Positions 34,601 to 45,792 are shown, numbered from the whole stretch's first letter. The stretch: DNA of 63,921 nt, filler included, from Licmophora abbreviata (GCA_900291995.1; 11 parts of 11 records of this genome joined end to end with filler, not necessarily neighbours in it), one strand, 5' to 3'. Program-made: numbers and translations. The notes: a model not told the origin generated them from the sequence alone.

Positions 34601-35865
34601 CCAATAGGTTGCGAGCTTCGTCCCTCTCTTCAATGACAAGTGAAAGTCGACTCCCAACATCGTTGCGGTCGGCCACTATGTCATCCACCTTGTTTCGGAG
34701 TTCCTTGACCTCATCCTGATGGACCAATTTCTGAGCGTCCAATTCTTCACGGAGCTCGCGGATAGTGTCACGGGCATCGTAGAGCTGCTGACCGAATTCT
34801 TTGGGAAGAAGGTCTCCCTCCTTGGGGGCGGCATTCCTTGCAGCATTTCGGCTGTCAAGCTCTGCCTGTTGCTCGCGCAGGAGTTCGTCCCTCGCAACGA
34901 TCTCACGATCACTCACATCGAGTTCTCCCTTAAGACGCTGAATTTCGGCAGCCTGAGCGTCATTCAACACACGCAAGTCTGTTGCTTCATGTCGGCGATA
35001 GTGCTCTTGACTGACAGAGTCTACTTTGGTGTTGTCCAAATCCGAAGTGAGCACGGCGATGTCGCCACGCAGCGACTCAATCGTCTCTTCGCGTTCGTTT
35101 AGCAGGGATTGTACTTTTCCTTGTTCGCCGCTGCTCTTTTCGAGCTCCTGGATCTTGTCCATAAGCTCACGTTCCCTTTTCGTCCATGCGGTCTGATCTT
35201 CAATGTGAGTGGCCTTCCACTTGGCAAGCTCGAGCTCGTGCTCTTTGGTCAAACGCTTCTTGTCGTTCTCCACGCCTGCCAGGGTCGATTGCGTGTCGTG
35301 AAGGCGGCTTGTCGAGTCATCCAAGGCCTCCTGTGCTTCCTCGAGCTTCTTCCAGCTGTCCGTAGCCTCGCTGCTCGCGCTGTTGTCGGGTGATACAGGA
35401 GCGTGGACTTCTTGGTCTGAACGATCGCTCATGTCCTTGATCTGATGACGAAGGGCTTCCAGTTCACGAACAAGATCTTCCTTCTCAGCTCCCCACTTAT
35501 CAACCTCATCTCGTTTCTCGTATTCAGCATCTTCGACTTCATGCTGAAGCTGATACAGTTGCTTCTTGAGATCCGCGACAGTATCCTTTTGAGCGGCATT
35601 CTCTTCCAGTAACTTGTGGAGCATCATTGCGTCCTTGGTCGAAGATTGCATTGTCGCAATCTGATGGTCCTTCTTATGAATCTCATCTTCCATCTGGAGC
35701 TTTTCTTCCTGAAAGGACGATGAGACTTTGTTGACTTCGTTCATAAAGTCGGTTTCCATCCTAGATGTCCTGGCCAACAGAGCTGCGTTGGACGTCTTCA
35801 GATCGCGAATGATCTGATCAGAGGACTTTTCGTGTTCCGAATCGTTGTGAATCGATCGCTCCAGC
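31616..35865 (-). CDS. Very long coiled-coil protein (5' end lost in gap) with an apparent +1 frameshift near 31933-31937
   Basis: More than 1300 aa of E/K/L/R heptads, frame continuing upstream toward the gap; the coiled coil continues as EEEIAGLQERVNELQ in ORF 31616-31936. Confidence 0.85.
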
Positions 35866-35965
35866 NNNNNNNNNNNNNNNNNNNNNNNNNNNNNNNNNNN
35901 NNNNNNNNNTTAATTAATTAANNNNNNNNNNNNNNNNNNNNNNNNNNNNNNNNNNNNNNNNNNNN
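35866..35965. other. Artificial assembly gap linker
   Basis: 44 N + TTAATTAATTAA + 44 N. Confidence 0.98.
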
Positions 35966-36443
35966 CTCTGACTTTTCATCTGGTTTCCCTGGTACTATCG
36001 GACGACAGGCATCTTGTCGAAACAAGTACTCTGCCAATGCAGTTGTGCCCGCCTTTGGGGCGCCTGATGAGAAGGCGAAACAAATGTGAAATTGTGAGAT
36101 TGCAGATACATGGTGCATTGAGACGCATTGTCTCTGATGATATGGCAGTGAGCTCACCAGCAATTTGAACATTCGGAATACGCCTTGACAGGACCTTCGC
36201 ATACCCAGTGGTCCTCAACGACATTTTGTCGCTTGGTTTCTTCTCCAATTGGTCGTCAGCCATATTCGACCATGGCTGCTGCAGGAGAACATACATCTGC
36301 AGTAGCCACACGACTACCAGAAGAAACAGCACGACTCGCGTGCTTGTCAATTCTAATCGTCGCCCACCTGTTAGAATGAAGAAGCAGCGACCCATCCAAC
36401 CGGTGTGAATTCTCCCCCGTCTCCGGGGCTGCCGAGTAGACAT
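35966..36443 (-). CDS. Golgi-type sulfotransferase (heparan sulfate 3-O-sulfotransferase-like), copy A, N-terminal part; exons 36443-36158 and 36063-35966
   Basis: TM helix, then spliced IPNVQIAGAPKAGTTALAEYL (5'-PSB loop); intron 36157-36064; cut by gap; start 36443 or 36395. Confidence 0.8.
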
Positions 36444-37424
36444 AAACCACACGCCGGAACTCTTGTCCGCCTCAAGCAACCAAACTACCTGCTGATATCC
36501 GGTATCGGTAACCCCAGTGTCATGCCAGTGAAGTGGGCGGAATCGGGCACAGTACCGCTCGTGTTGACAAAAATTGACAATAGATATCGGGGTGCAGAAG
36601 TGGTGCTAGTTGCTGGTAATCAGCAGTGATCGGTGATCCGTCCACCGCTACGATCTGTGCTGGTACGGATACCTTGCAGGTCCAGGTACTAGTACGTACC
36701 AAGTAGAACTCAAAGGGAGAAGAAATGTGGAATGGAACGCCACAAACTGTCTCTCTGTTGACAGCAGAAGATGATCACACATTATTTACTGCTCGCTCGC
36801 TACCAGGTATCATACTCGCATGGTCAAGGTCGCACGGTGCAAGTGGTTTGTTTCGTGTGATCCCCGTGCTCGACGGACGACGGAGCGAACGCTGCGCGCG
36901 GGGCGGGCGATGATCGCAACGAAGTGCATTCGCAAGTTCGTGGTCGTGTACCTCGGGTGTCTTCGAGTTAAACCCCATTTTTCGGAAGAGACGAGTGTCT
37001 GCGAAGACACTCTACTATACCTGGTACCAGTTAGCTAATCTGTCTACCCTGCATGCTCAGGATGTTCCTGGTCTACCTGATAGCTATCGTACAATGAGCC
37101 AGCCAGCTACTGGTAGCTCCGATAGTTGTTGATCTGCAAAGCTAGGTACCAGTACCAGCTACCCGTATGCATGAATATATGTAGGTCTCTATGCAGGTAT
37201 CTTGTCGGAAGCTCAAGATCCGCCCCTTGTTCTCAAACAACCCGTTGAGAGCAGCATATCTACTTATGGTAGAAGCTGAGTAGTCTCCACGAGGCTTATG
37301 TAGTAGCTCATCGGCGCCTTCACTCACTTCCTTCGACATCCCGATCGAACTCTCCGACACACAAGGAAATCCCTAACTCCTGCAGAAGTCGCGGATGGAA
37401 TGGGGAAGCTGTCAACTTAGATTG

Positions 37425-38424
37425 TCAAACATGTGATTGATTCACTGCTCCGTCCTTGCATTGGAATTGGAAGGGCTTGAAAGGTCGCTTTTCCATCGGC
37501 GGTCCCGGGTTTGCTTCCAACAAATCATAGAGCTCTTGGTTGGGCTTCTCGAAGCGTCTCGCCCATCTCTCCTGCGATGTGCAATCCAGCGGTGGCGTCG
37601 GGACATGTCGGTGATTAACATGGGGACCTTTTAGATTGCCGGTCATCGGGAGTCCCAAGAACTGATGAATTCGCACGTAGACGTCTGTTTCGTTCGTCTT
37701 GAAATCGTCGTAGTTGATAATCAAGATCTGTTGGCGATCAAAGTAGTGAAACCATTTTCTCAACCAGTGAGCATAGAGACCAATACTTGTGAATCGGACA
37801 AGGGGAAGCTCAACTAGGGGCAGCATAATGGCAGAATAAGTGGCAAACGTCGACGAAAGACGACGATGCCAAAGGGAATCCTTGCCTTTCTCCCGTTCTG
37901 CGCTAATCCTCATCAAGTGCTGGTACCAACTGATTTNNNNNNNNNNNNNNNNNNNNNNNNNNNNNNNNNNNNNNNNNNNNTTAATTAATTAANNNNNNNN
38001 NNNNNNNNNNNNNNNNNNNNNNNNNNNNNNNNNNNNCTGATTCGTTCTTGTTTCCTTTCGGCACAATCGGGCGGCAGAAATTTGCTTGTTGAAACATATA
38101 TCTCGCCATTGCGGTTGTGCCTGCCTTTTGGGCTCCTTGAATGAGAAAGAGGAAGCATGAAATTAACATACTGGTCCTGCACGAATTAATCAAGGGACAT
38201 TGTCTCTGACGTGTCTCAATGCACTCACCGACAAGTTGAACATTTGGAATACGTCCTGACTTGGCCGTCGTCAATCCGTTGTGCTCCCCCGACATGCTGA
38301 GGTCAGGTCTCTTGCCTACAGCGCGTTTCGGAAGATTCAACCTCGGCGGGTCTAGGAGGAAGCGCATCTCTCTCAGTAGACATACAATTACGAAGGGAAT
38401 CAACCCGACTAGCAGTTTCGTCAT
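37425..38424 (-). CDS. Golgi-type sulfotransferase, copy B, spanning gap 37937-38036; exons 38424-38229, 38135-38037, C-terminal part 37936-37425
   Basis: TM helix; spliced IPNVQLVGAQKAGTTAMARYM; C-terminal GLYAHWLRKWFHYFDRQQILII, IHQFLGL, FEKPNQELYDLL; intron 38228-38136. Confidence 0.85.
37937..38036. other. Artificial assembly gap linker
   Basis: 44 N + TTAATTAATTAA + 44 N. Confidence 0.98.
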
Positions 38425-38772
38425 ATTGTATCCTCGATCCTTGACGACCTGTAAAGTAGGTGGTACAGCAACGCAGCAACCCGTTTGAAGGTCCTCGGAA
38501 ACGGATCGTAACTGGTGACTGGTGAAAAGGGCTACCAAAAGTCGGCAATTCGTTGCGTGCTAATACCGATGTGGCGACGGTAATCCGAGACTCAATGGTT
38601 TGAACACACACTAACCTACCGCTATTCACAGATGATCCGCAAAGACTGTTTTCTTGCAGTTTATTGTGTCATGCTCGCCGATGCTCAAACCCTTGCGACC
38701 TTTTCCCAATGTTTTGTTAACAATTTCTACACTTCAATGGACGTTTGAAGCGGCAATAATCTTGCTATCTCG

Positions 38773-38795
38773 AACAACAACAACAACAACAACAA
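38773..38795. repeat. (AAC)n microsatellite
   Basis: About 7 tandem AAC units, intergenic. Confidence 0.9.
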
Positions 38796-39447
38796 AGTCG
38801 CTGACCATGAGCTAAAGAAATGTACAGTGATCACTGTAGTGGGCTTATGGTGCACCTGGCATCGATCCAACGTACGCCAACAATAAGACCCAACGGATAA
38901 CTTTTCCTTCGCTATATTTCATGTTTCATTCTCAGCTAGAATTCCGGACACAGTCTCTTCCCGTCAGTTAGAATCATAAATGCCAAGACATCGTACCGAA
39001 CACCCATATAGACGGAAATTAAAGAGTGCAAAAATACATCATATTGGCCCACCAAGACTGGACGTCAAACACAAGACTGAGAGGGTGCCTGACGTGACTG
39101 ACTCGCACTCTCTACTCGTAGACTCACGAGTCGGAGCCCATACTACCGGTACAGAATTGATTCTCAAAACCTGCAAAGTTAAAACTTTGTCCGCCCCCCC
39201 CCCAGAAGTTGAAAGTGGGAAGTACCTGGGTATCTCTAGACTTCTATAGTCTATCTAGCTTGTCTCTCGTTTAAGGTCTTGTCTCGCTTTAAAATCCGGG
39301 TTCTTTTTACCTTGGACGCAATCAAAAGTCATGCTGGATTTTCATGATGTGATAGGATGTGGTCATTATCGTCGTCATCCTCCAAGCAGCCGCGTCAATA
39401 GTGCATTTGATCATACCAGGTAGTCTGCTCCGACAACTCTTTTTACC

Positions 39448-40485
39448 ATGAGGACCTCGAGTCTTCTCGTGAGTTTTGTTGTCTTTCTGTGCCTCGTGAA
39501 GTCGGCGTCGGGCTTGGCAATGAGCGAAGAGGAGCGGGTGCGCGAGTACCACGCGAGGAACTACACATGGCCACCCGAACATGTGGTGCCAGACACGGAG
39601 GGATGGGGACGCCTTGCGCGTCGGAGGTATGCCCAGATGGAGCGCCTTACGGAGTCAGTGCAACGGTATGACGGCTGGATGCATGCCGTGACTGCGTCCT
39701 TGATCTCACCGAATTTTACGGAACATGGATGGGGAATGAGACTTGCTCCGCCGGAACTGGTGGCGGAACTCAAGGACGCGCTCCACAAGGGCTTACCGAA
39801 CGCACAGCCAGAATATTACATCAATGTTATTGACGCCGATGAGAGACCACTATTCGTCCCCACCCATGCGCTGAACAAGAGAGTGCTCCAGGAACTCAAA
39901 CCCCTGCATGAAGAGTGGTCTGGAATAGAATTGACGGGCGCCACTGCCTATGGTCTACGCGCCTATCGCAACTCGTCGTCGCTCTTCATGCACATTGATA
40001 AGCTTAGAACACATGTCATCTCATGCATCTTGCATGTGGATCACTCAGAGGATTCAGAGCCGTGGCCATTGGTGATTGAAGACCTTCAGGGCAATATCAA
40101 TGAAGTCTACCTCACTAGCGGCGACATGTTGTTCTATGAATCCTCGAAACTAATTCACGGGCGACCCCGCCCTTTCGTTGGCAGCTGGTACTCGAGCCTC
40201 TTTGTGCATTACTTTCCTACGGAAAACTGGGATAGTGAAAAGTTTGAAAAGGAAGTCCATTTCGCTGTTCCGCCTCACTGGAATGAGCAGAAACCTGACG
40301 ACCCAGATGTTGATAGGCTAGTTATGAGCGGGACGTCCATGTACGAACCCGATTGTCCAGACCGATGGTGTGGACTCAGGGATTCCGTCAAGTGGTACGG
40401 TCCTGCCAAGGAGGGTGTCGTTATAACGACTGGATACAAGGATGAGGACGCCAAGGACACCAAGGCGGATGACGATGAACTTTAG
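39448..40485 (+). CDS. Secretory-pathway 2OG-Fe(II) oxygenase (prolyl-4-hydroxylase-like)
   Basis: Signal peptide; YGLRAY...MHIDKLRTHVISCILHVD (HxD); FYESSKLIHGRP (distal His); C-terminal DDEL ER-retention-like signal. Confidence 0.8.
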   Translation: MRTSSLLVSFVVFLCLVKSASGLAMSEEERVREYHARNYTWPPEHVVPDTEGWGRLARRRYAQMERLTESVQRYDGWMHAVTASLISPNFTEHGWGMRLAPPELVAELKDALHKGLPNAQPEYYINVIDADERPLFVPTHALNKRVLQELKPLHEEWSGIELTGATAYGLRAYRNSSSLFMHIDKLRTHVISCILHVDHSEDSEPWPLVIEDLQGNINEVYLTSGDMLFYESSKLIHGRPRPFVGSWYSSLFVHYFPTENWDSEKFEKEVHFAVPPHWNEQKPDDPDVDRLVMSGTSMYEPDCPDRWCGLRDSVKWYGPAKEGVVITTGYKDEDAKDTKADDDEL

Positions 40486-40612
40486 AGAACCAAGTTCGAA
40501 GTGTTTTAGAGACCCTTCTTCCTAGAGGAGAAGAAGAAAACTTAAGAGCGTACCAGTAGCATGATCTGTGGCAGGATAATCTGATCTAGTCGGAGTCCCC
40601 AACTTACTGCTT

Positions 40613-42052
40613 CTAGTACACACCAGGAACAAAGATATAAGGAACGTGTTTGCAGTACTCTTCCCAGTCCTTGCCATACTTTTCGGCACAACGGTGCGAG
40701 TCCCGCATCGCTCGATGCACCAGCATAGGCAAGAAGAAGCACGCAAAAAAGTATGGCAAGAAGTGTTCGAAACCACACGGAAAACACAAAAGCAACGCGA
40801 TACACAGGTCGGCAGAGTAGTGCGGCTTTCGCACATACTTCCACCACCCGTCCATGAGCAGTGTCGATCCGACTTCCGTCGTCATGAATTTGGGGTCCTT
40901 GAGGGTGGCATTCGGCATCTGTGGAATTGCCCATGGTCGTTCCACAAAGGCGCCGCTGAGCTTCTGGGCGCGGAATCGATTCTTTTGAGCATTGGCTTCA
41001 TCAAAGATCCAGTATGCCAAGATGACAGCCGCAACATGCAAAGCAAACGCCCAGGTTGGGAGCTCTTCCAACTTGGTAGCTTGGGCATAGAGGAATCGAC
41101 CATTGAAGGTATACGCGAACGCTACTCCCGCTAGATTCCAGTAAATAAGCATCCATCCCCAGCACTCTTGGAAGATATCCCACGTGTACGGAATACTCTC
41201 TTCCCCCTTCATACAGGCATTTGTGTAGATACCATGTATGAACAAGATGAGCCACATGCGGTTAGGAATGTAACCAAGCTCTTCTTGTAGACAGAGTGCA
41301 CACGACACATCGAGGGCAAAGAGCAGCAACCACGAAACGCGGATTTCAGCCCACAATTTGAGGTCAATCATACCGATCCGAGGGTTCAAGTACTGGCCCA
41401 TGACAAAGTCGTGAGCAAAGTACCGGATCGATCCATCGGAACGCTTGGTCCGGCAGCATTCGGCGTACATGATAACGGCGGTGACATCGGCAACGAGAAC
41501 GGCAGTAGACAACATGGCACCACAGTTGCGATAGAGAATTTTCAAGTCAAAGAGGCCTGTCCAGTGGGCCAGGACAGCGAGCGCGACTGATGCGTACCAT
41601 CCGGCGAGACCGTTGCACTTGTAAGGCAGACGGCGACTGCTTTCCTGTGGTATTTTGAATCCAAGGACCGTTGGGCCGGGCAGAATGGCGCTGAAAAGGA
41701 GCTGGGATACGATGAGACCAGTGTACATGGCTACTGAGGCAGCATTGGGGGTCGCCTTTGCGATGACCTCAGGTTGCAGGGGGAAAGGGTTCCCGACACA
41801 GCCCCGGTTGAACTCGGCAGCCCACCATAGATAATAGCAGATGCTGTGGCTGAAAACAAAAAGTGCAAGGTGCGAGAGCGCTTCCAGGGCCGTTCCGTCG
41901 CCTGTGTGAGTGTTTTTGATATCTTTGGGTTTTCTCCTGGAGTAGTACAGGAAATGACCCGCCACGGCTACAACTGCCACCAGGACTCCTTTGTTCTCCG
42001 ACGCAGCGTCAAGCATGGTCGCCATGGTCAAGTCGGTCGTGGCGAGGCTCAT
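40613..42052 (-). CDS. ERG4: Sterol delta24(28)-reductase, ERG4/ERG24 family (ERG4-like)
   Basis: YKCNGL, DFVMGQYLNPRIG, YTNACMKGEESIPYTWDI, WMLIYWNLAGV, ANAQKNRFR, GWWKYVRKPHYSAD, RCAEKYGKDWEEYCKHVPY; start 42052 (or 42097). Confidence 0.9.
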   Translation of the reverse strand: MSLATTDLTMATMLDAASENKGVLVAVVAVAGHFLYYSRRKPKDIKNTHTGDGTALEALSHLALFVFSHSICYYLWWAAEFNRGCVGNPFPLQPEVIAKATPNAASVAMYTGLIVSQLLFSAILPGPTVLGFKIPQESSRRLPYKCNGLAGWYASVALAVLAHWTGLFDLKILYRNCGAMLSTAVLVADVTAVIMYAECCRTKRSDGSIRYFAHDFVMGQYLNPRIGMIDLKLWAEIRVSWLLLFALDVSCALCLQEELGYIPNRMWLILFIHGIYTNACMKGEESIPYTWDIFQECWGWMLIYWNLAGVAFAYTFNGRFLYAQATKLEELPTWAFALHVAAVILAYWIFDEANAQKNRFRAQKLSGAFVERPWAIPQMPNATLKDPKFMTTEVGSTLLMDGWWKYVRKPHYSADLCIALLLCFPCGFEHFLPYFFACFFLPMLVHRAMRDSHRCAEKYGKDWEEYCKHVPYIFVPGVY

Positions 42053-42109
42053 TGTTGCATGTCCCTTGCGGCTGTCGGCGATGTGAGGACTTTGCATGCC
42101 GATCCTTGG

Positions 42110-42209
42110 NNNNNNNNNNNNNNNNNNNNNNNNNNNNNNNNNNNNNNNNNNNNTTAATTAATTAANNNNNNNNNNNNNNNNNNNNNNNNNNNNNNNNNNN
42201 NNNNNNNNN
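42110..42209. other. Artificial assembly gap linker
   Basis: 44 N + TTAATTAATTAA + 44 N. Confidence 0.98.
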
Positions 42210-42558
42210 CCCCCTACGAGACGGAAAAACAACAGGGGAGAAAAAAGAAAAAAGAATGCTTGGTTGCTCCGTGACACATAGAGAGCGCGTGTCAAACTTT
42301 TTACTATAAACATCACGTATAGTTTATATATTTAACTCATATGTAAATTGATGCAGATATCATAAAGTCCTATGTGCTGGCAAGAATTTTGAAGTGGGCC
42401 ATTTTTCATTTTTCATTTTTGATTTTTGTTGTTTTCGTCATCCGTTCATCGTGTAGAGCTGTGTTGTTGAGGGTCGAGAGCACAAAAGGCAGAAAGGTAG
42501 CACAAAGATTGGGGCAGTGACTCTGTCGATTATCCGCCCTACAGTATCCGGTTTTATC

Positions 42559-44097
42559 ATGCCTCCTGCCGCGCGGCGTGAAGATGTGGCAGTGGCCGAA
42601 GAGCCACCGAACACTGTCGAGGAGGAGAAGAAGGTCGAAGAACCCCAAGCTGCGAATCAGAGCAAAGGAGCAGAGGGGCAGCGCCCGTTCCCGTGGAACT
42701 ACTTTTCCGACTCGACTTATATGGCGATGGGCGTCGCTATTCTCTTTTTCATCATCATTCCATCCATGTGTGTCATTGCGCTATCGAACATTCTTGGATA
42801 TGCGCTCCAGTACGCCCTCTACGACCACAACCCGGCTGGGAGGTATATTCTCGAGAGCTTGCGAAGAGCCCAGAGAGCATTCTTCCAGCTGGTCGGCAGC
42901 GTCATTCTCTTGGATCCCCGCGACTCGTCCTACCTCCCATGGATGGTATGGGGAACTTTTGTTCAGCCGGCTGCCTTCTACTGGGCATACCAGCGCTACA
43001 ACATCTACGGCCTCGAGCTGACGACCTTTTTAATTTACCATCTCTTGCGGGTCGGACCTCGTCATCAAATGTTTGCTCACCATGCCACTCTCGTGCACAA
43101 GGAAGGCCATGCGTATCGCAGGGGCTTGTTTCGAAATCTGATGGTTCCACAGAAGCGTGTCCCATACTCCAAGGGCATTCGTCGGTGTCTCATGGATCAC
43201 ATCAATGCCGGAGTTGCTGGCCTCTTGTACGGTACCATTCCTAATCACTACGCGACGGCCCACAACAAAATTCATCATCGTTGGCACAATGACACGGGAG
43301 ATGTCCATACCAACATGGATTTCAACCGCACCGAGTTCACCAGCTACATCATGTACTTGCCACGCTTCACCGCCTACTGGACTGGTATTTCTCCCCTCTT
43401 GCTCTTTTGGAGCCGCAGCGAGTATCGCTTCTTCATGGAGCTGGCCTATGGCATGATGTACTACTACTCGATTGGCCTCTTCGCGTGGTACAAGGTTGGA
43501 TTTGTGTTTTACTGGGCCTACTTTTTGTATCCGCTCCTCGAGGGAGCCAGCTTTCTCGGCATGATTGCGTACTTGTGGCACATGTTTTCGGAAGAGTCGG
43601 ATCCCTCGAATCAGTACGTGAACTCCATCACAATTCTTCGGGGACACAATAATGTGTGGAATGAAGATTTTCACGTTGTCCATCACCACGAGCCTGGTGT
43701 ACACTGGTCAGAGATGCCGAAGAGCTTCAACGACAACATTGACAAGTATGTTGAGTGTCGGGCGACGGTCTTTGGGGATTGTGAGCAGGGCATGCTCATT
43801 CATTGGATCTTTGGAAAGAAATGGGACGACCTGACTGATCATTTTGTCGACTTGCAGTATGTTTTCGCGAACGGGGACTTGAACAAGGATAAGCTGATGA
43901 CCGTGAAGGAGATTTCCCTGGTGGAGACAGACAAAGCCAAAATCCAGGAGCATCATAAACAAATCAAGGAAATACTCCTCCGCCGACTGAGATATCACTA
44001 TAGAGGCACACGAAAAGACGAGTGGGCGCAGTTCAATGCCAAGCTCAACGAGAACGTGCGTGATTTCGACAAGATTTCGAATGAAAAACAGTCCTAG
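42559..44097 (+). CDS. Membrane-bound His-box di-iron desaturase/hydroxylase of unknown substrate
   Basis: Three His boxes HKEGH, HNKIHH, HVVHH with intervening TM segments; no cytochrome b5 HPGG domain. Confidence 0.85.
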   Translation: MPPAARREDVAVAEEPPNTVEEEKKVEEPQAANQSKGAEGQRPFPWNYFSDSTYMAMGVAILFFIIIPSMCVIALSNILGYALQYALYDHNPAGRYILESLRRAQRAFFQLVGSVILLDPRDSSYLPWMVWGTFVQPAAFYWAYQRYNIYGLELTTFLIYHLLRVGPRHQMFAHHATLVHKEGHAYRRGLFRNLMVPQKRVPYSKGIRRCLMDHINAGVAGLLYGTIPNHYATAHNKIHHRWHNDTGDVHTNMDFNRTEFTSYIMYLPRFTAYWTGISPLLLFWSRSEYRFFMELAYGMMYYYSIGLFAWYKVGFVFYWAYFLYPLLEGASFLGMIAYLWHMFSEESDPSNQYVNSITILRGHNNVWNEDFHVVHHHEPGVHWSEMPKSFNDNIDKYVECRATVFGDCEQGMLIHWIFGKKWDDLTDHFVDLQYVFANGDLNKDKLMTVKEISLVETDKAKIQEHHKQIKEILLRRLRYHYRGTRKDEWAQFNAKLNENVRDFDKISNEKQS

Positions 44098-44449
44098 AGA
44101 GCTTGAATGGTTGTATGTACGATGTCTAAGACCTACATAAGGATGGCGTTTAACTTGTTTAGCTTGCCGGGCTACCAGATACCTTATGACGCCTCTGAAC
44201 GCTGTATGCTCGGAGGTCGTATGTAAGCATGCTCGAAGCCCGGCAAAGGCTAGAAAACAGAAAACGAGTGAGAACGATAAATTTAGGGGTCGGGTACCAG
44301 GTACCGATGACGTCACTGATACACTCTTTTGCGCGCCTCGCGACGTCTCGGGTCTCGGATCTCGCTTGGAGCAGCTGCTCTTGACACCAGCATCTCACAC
44401 ATTGTTCATCAAACAATGTCCGTCTTGGATTCCCATCTCCTTGCTCATC

Positions 44450-45194
44450 ATGCTACGCTTGCTAANNNNNNNNNNNNNNNNNNNNNNNNNNNNNNNNNNN
44501 NNNNNNNNNTTAATTAATTAANNNNNNNNNNNNNNNNNNNNNNNNNNNNNNNNNNNNNNNNNNNNATCCGAACGTCAAACAACTTCCTACCGAAAGGACA
44601 TCCTTGTGTAGCCTCGACGCCGCGAAAGACGAAAACATCTTCTCCAAGCTCAACCTGGACAACGTTCTCAAGAATTCCGATGATATCTTCCAGAATTCCA
44701 TCGGTGGAGGTGAACCTGGAAAGCGTGGTGAGGTCTATGTCATTACCCAGTCGATTTTATTTCTGTGTCTCGCCCTCGGCTTTGTCCCTGGACTTGACGC
44801 TGTTCTACAGATTCTACTGGGGCCCGTACTGGTTGTTGCTGCCGCTGGTGTCGTATTGGCAGCTATCAATGACATGGGAGCTAGTCTGAGCCCTTGGCCC
44901 GTCCCAGCGGGAGACAAGCTCATCACCAAGGGTGTATTTGCCTACGTTCGACATCCCATTTATGCCGCTGTGCTTTGTGCTGGATTTGGATTGAGCGTGT
45001 GGACGGAGTCTTCGTCTCGCTTGATCATTACCATGGCGCTCTTCGTCCTGTTTGAACTGAAATCAGATTTCGAAGAGAAAAAGCTCATTAAGGAGTATGG
45101 AGACGAATACAAAGACTACCAAACGAAAGTGACGGGCAAGTTCGTTCCCAATTCTTTGTTATCCAATCTACCAGGGATCATTGGTGATGACTAG
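44450..45194 (+). CDS. Isoprenylcysteine carboxyl methyltransferase/PEMT-family membrane protein; probably spans gap 44466-44565
   Basis: LSPWPVP, LITKGVFAYVRHPIY, EEKKL...YKDYQTKVTGKFVP; candidate ATG (MLRLL) at 44450 just before the gap. Confidence 0.8.
44466..44565. other. Artificial assembly gap linker
   Basis: 44 N + TTAATTAATTAA + 44 N. Confidence 0.98.
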
Positions 45195-45792
45195 GACACT
45201 GTGCCATAGCCCATAGCACTTGAAAGGTCACTAGAGCGCCCAGCGAGATAGTAGATCGCACTAATCCATGCTAACGCACAGTACACCGTTTCTCACGGGA
45301 ATTGACCCACCCTTTCTCTTGACTGTGAAGGAAGTGTGGTCGGTAGAGGGACGTTCGGAGTCTGAAGAAGCCAGCAATAAAACAAGTTACATCAGAAGGC
45401 GTAGCGAGGATCAGTGCCATAGACTTGCGCTAATCCGGCAATCCTCATGAAGTTCGACATGCGCTCACAACTTGAACTTCGACTCGCTCACGCTCTCATC
45501 CACACGCGACCGGCCCGCGTGTTCTATTCATTCATCAAAGACAACGAAAGCCAAGTTTGGATGTTGCGGGTATCATATGATATGATACGATATCATAAAC
45601 ATAATGATGACATTTGGTCGTCATTGACATCGTCTATTTATGGGCAAATGACCCAACAATCATCAGTCACGAGCAAAAGTAGAGTTTGAAAAAAGGCCGC
45701 GGCGTTTCTCTCATTTATTCTTGACTTGCCTCTGGGGGGCTGATGGAGGAGAGTCAACCTGGCGGTGAAAAGCTGTTGCTTCAAGAGGCCAA

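Noticed and set aside
32035..35393. Many Ser-rich plus-strand ORFs
   Set aside because: Antisense shadows of the Glu-rich coiled-coil gene
36770..36985. GC-rich stretch ending in a small hairpin and T-run as a possible ncRNA
   Set aside because: No recognisable snRNA, snoRNA, SRP or tRNA motifs; cannot be supported without a covariance model search
35966..38424. Sulfotransferases as sterol sulfotransferases acting with ERG4
   Set aside because: Type II membrane topology and HS3ST-like motifs indicate Golgi glycan sulfotransferases, not cytosolic SULTs
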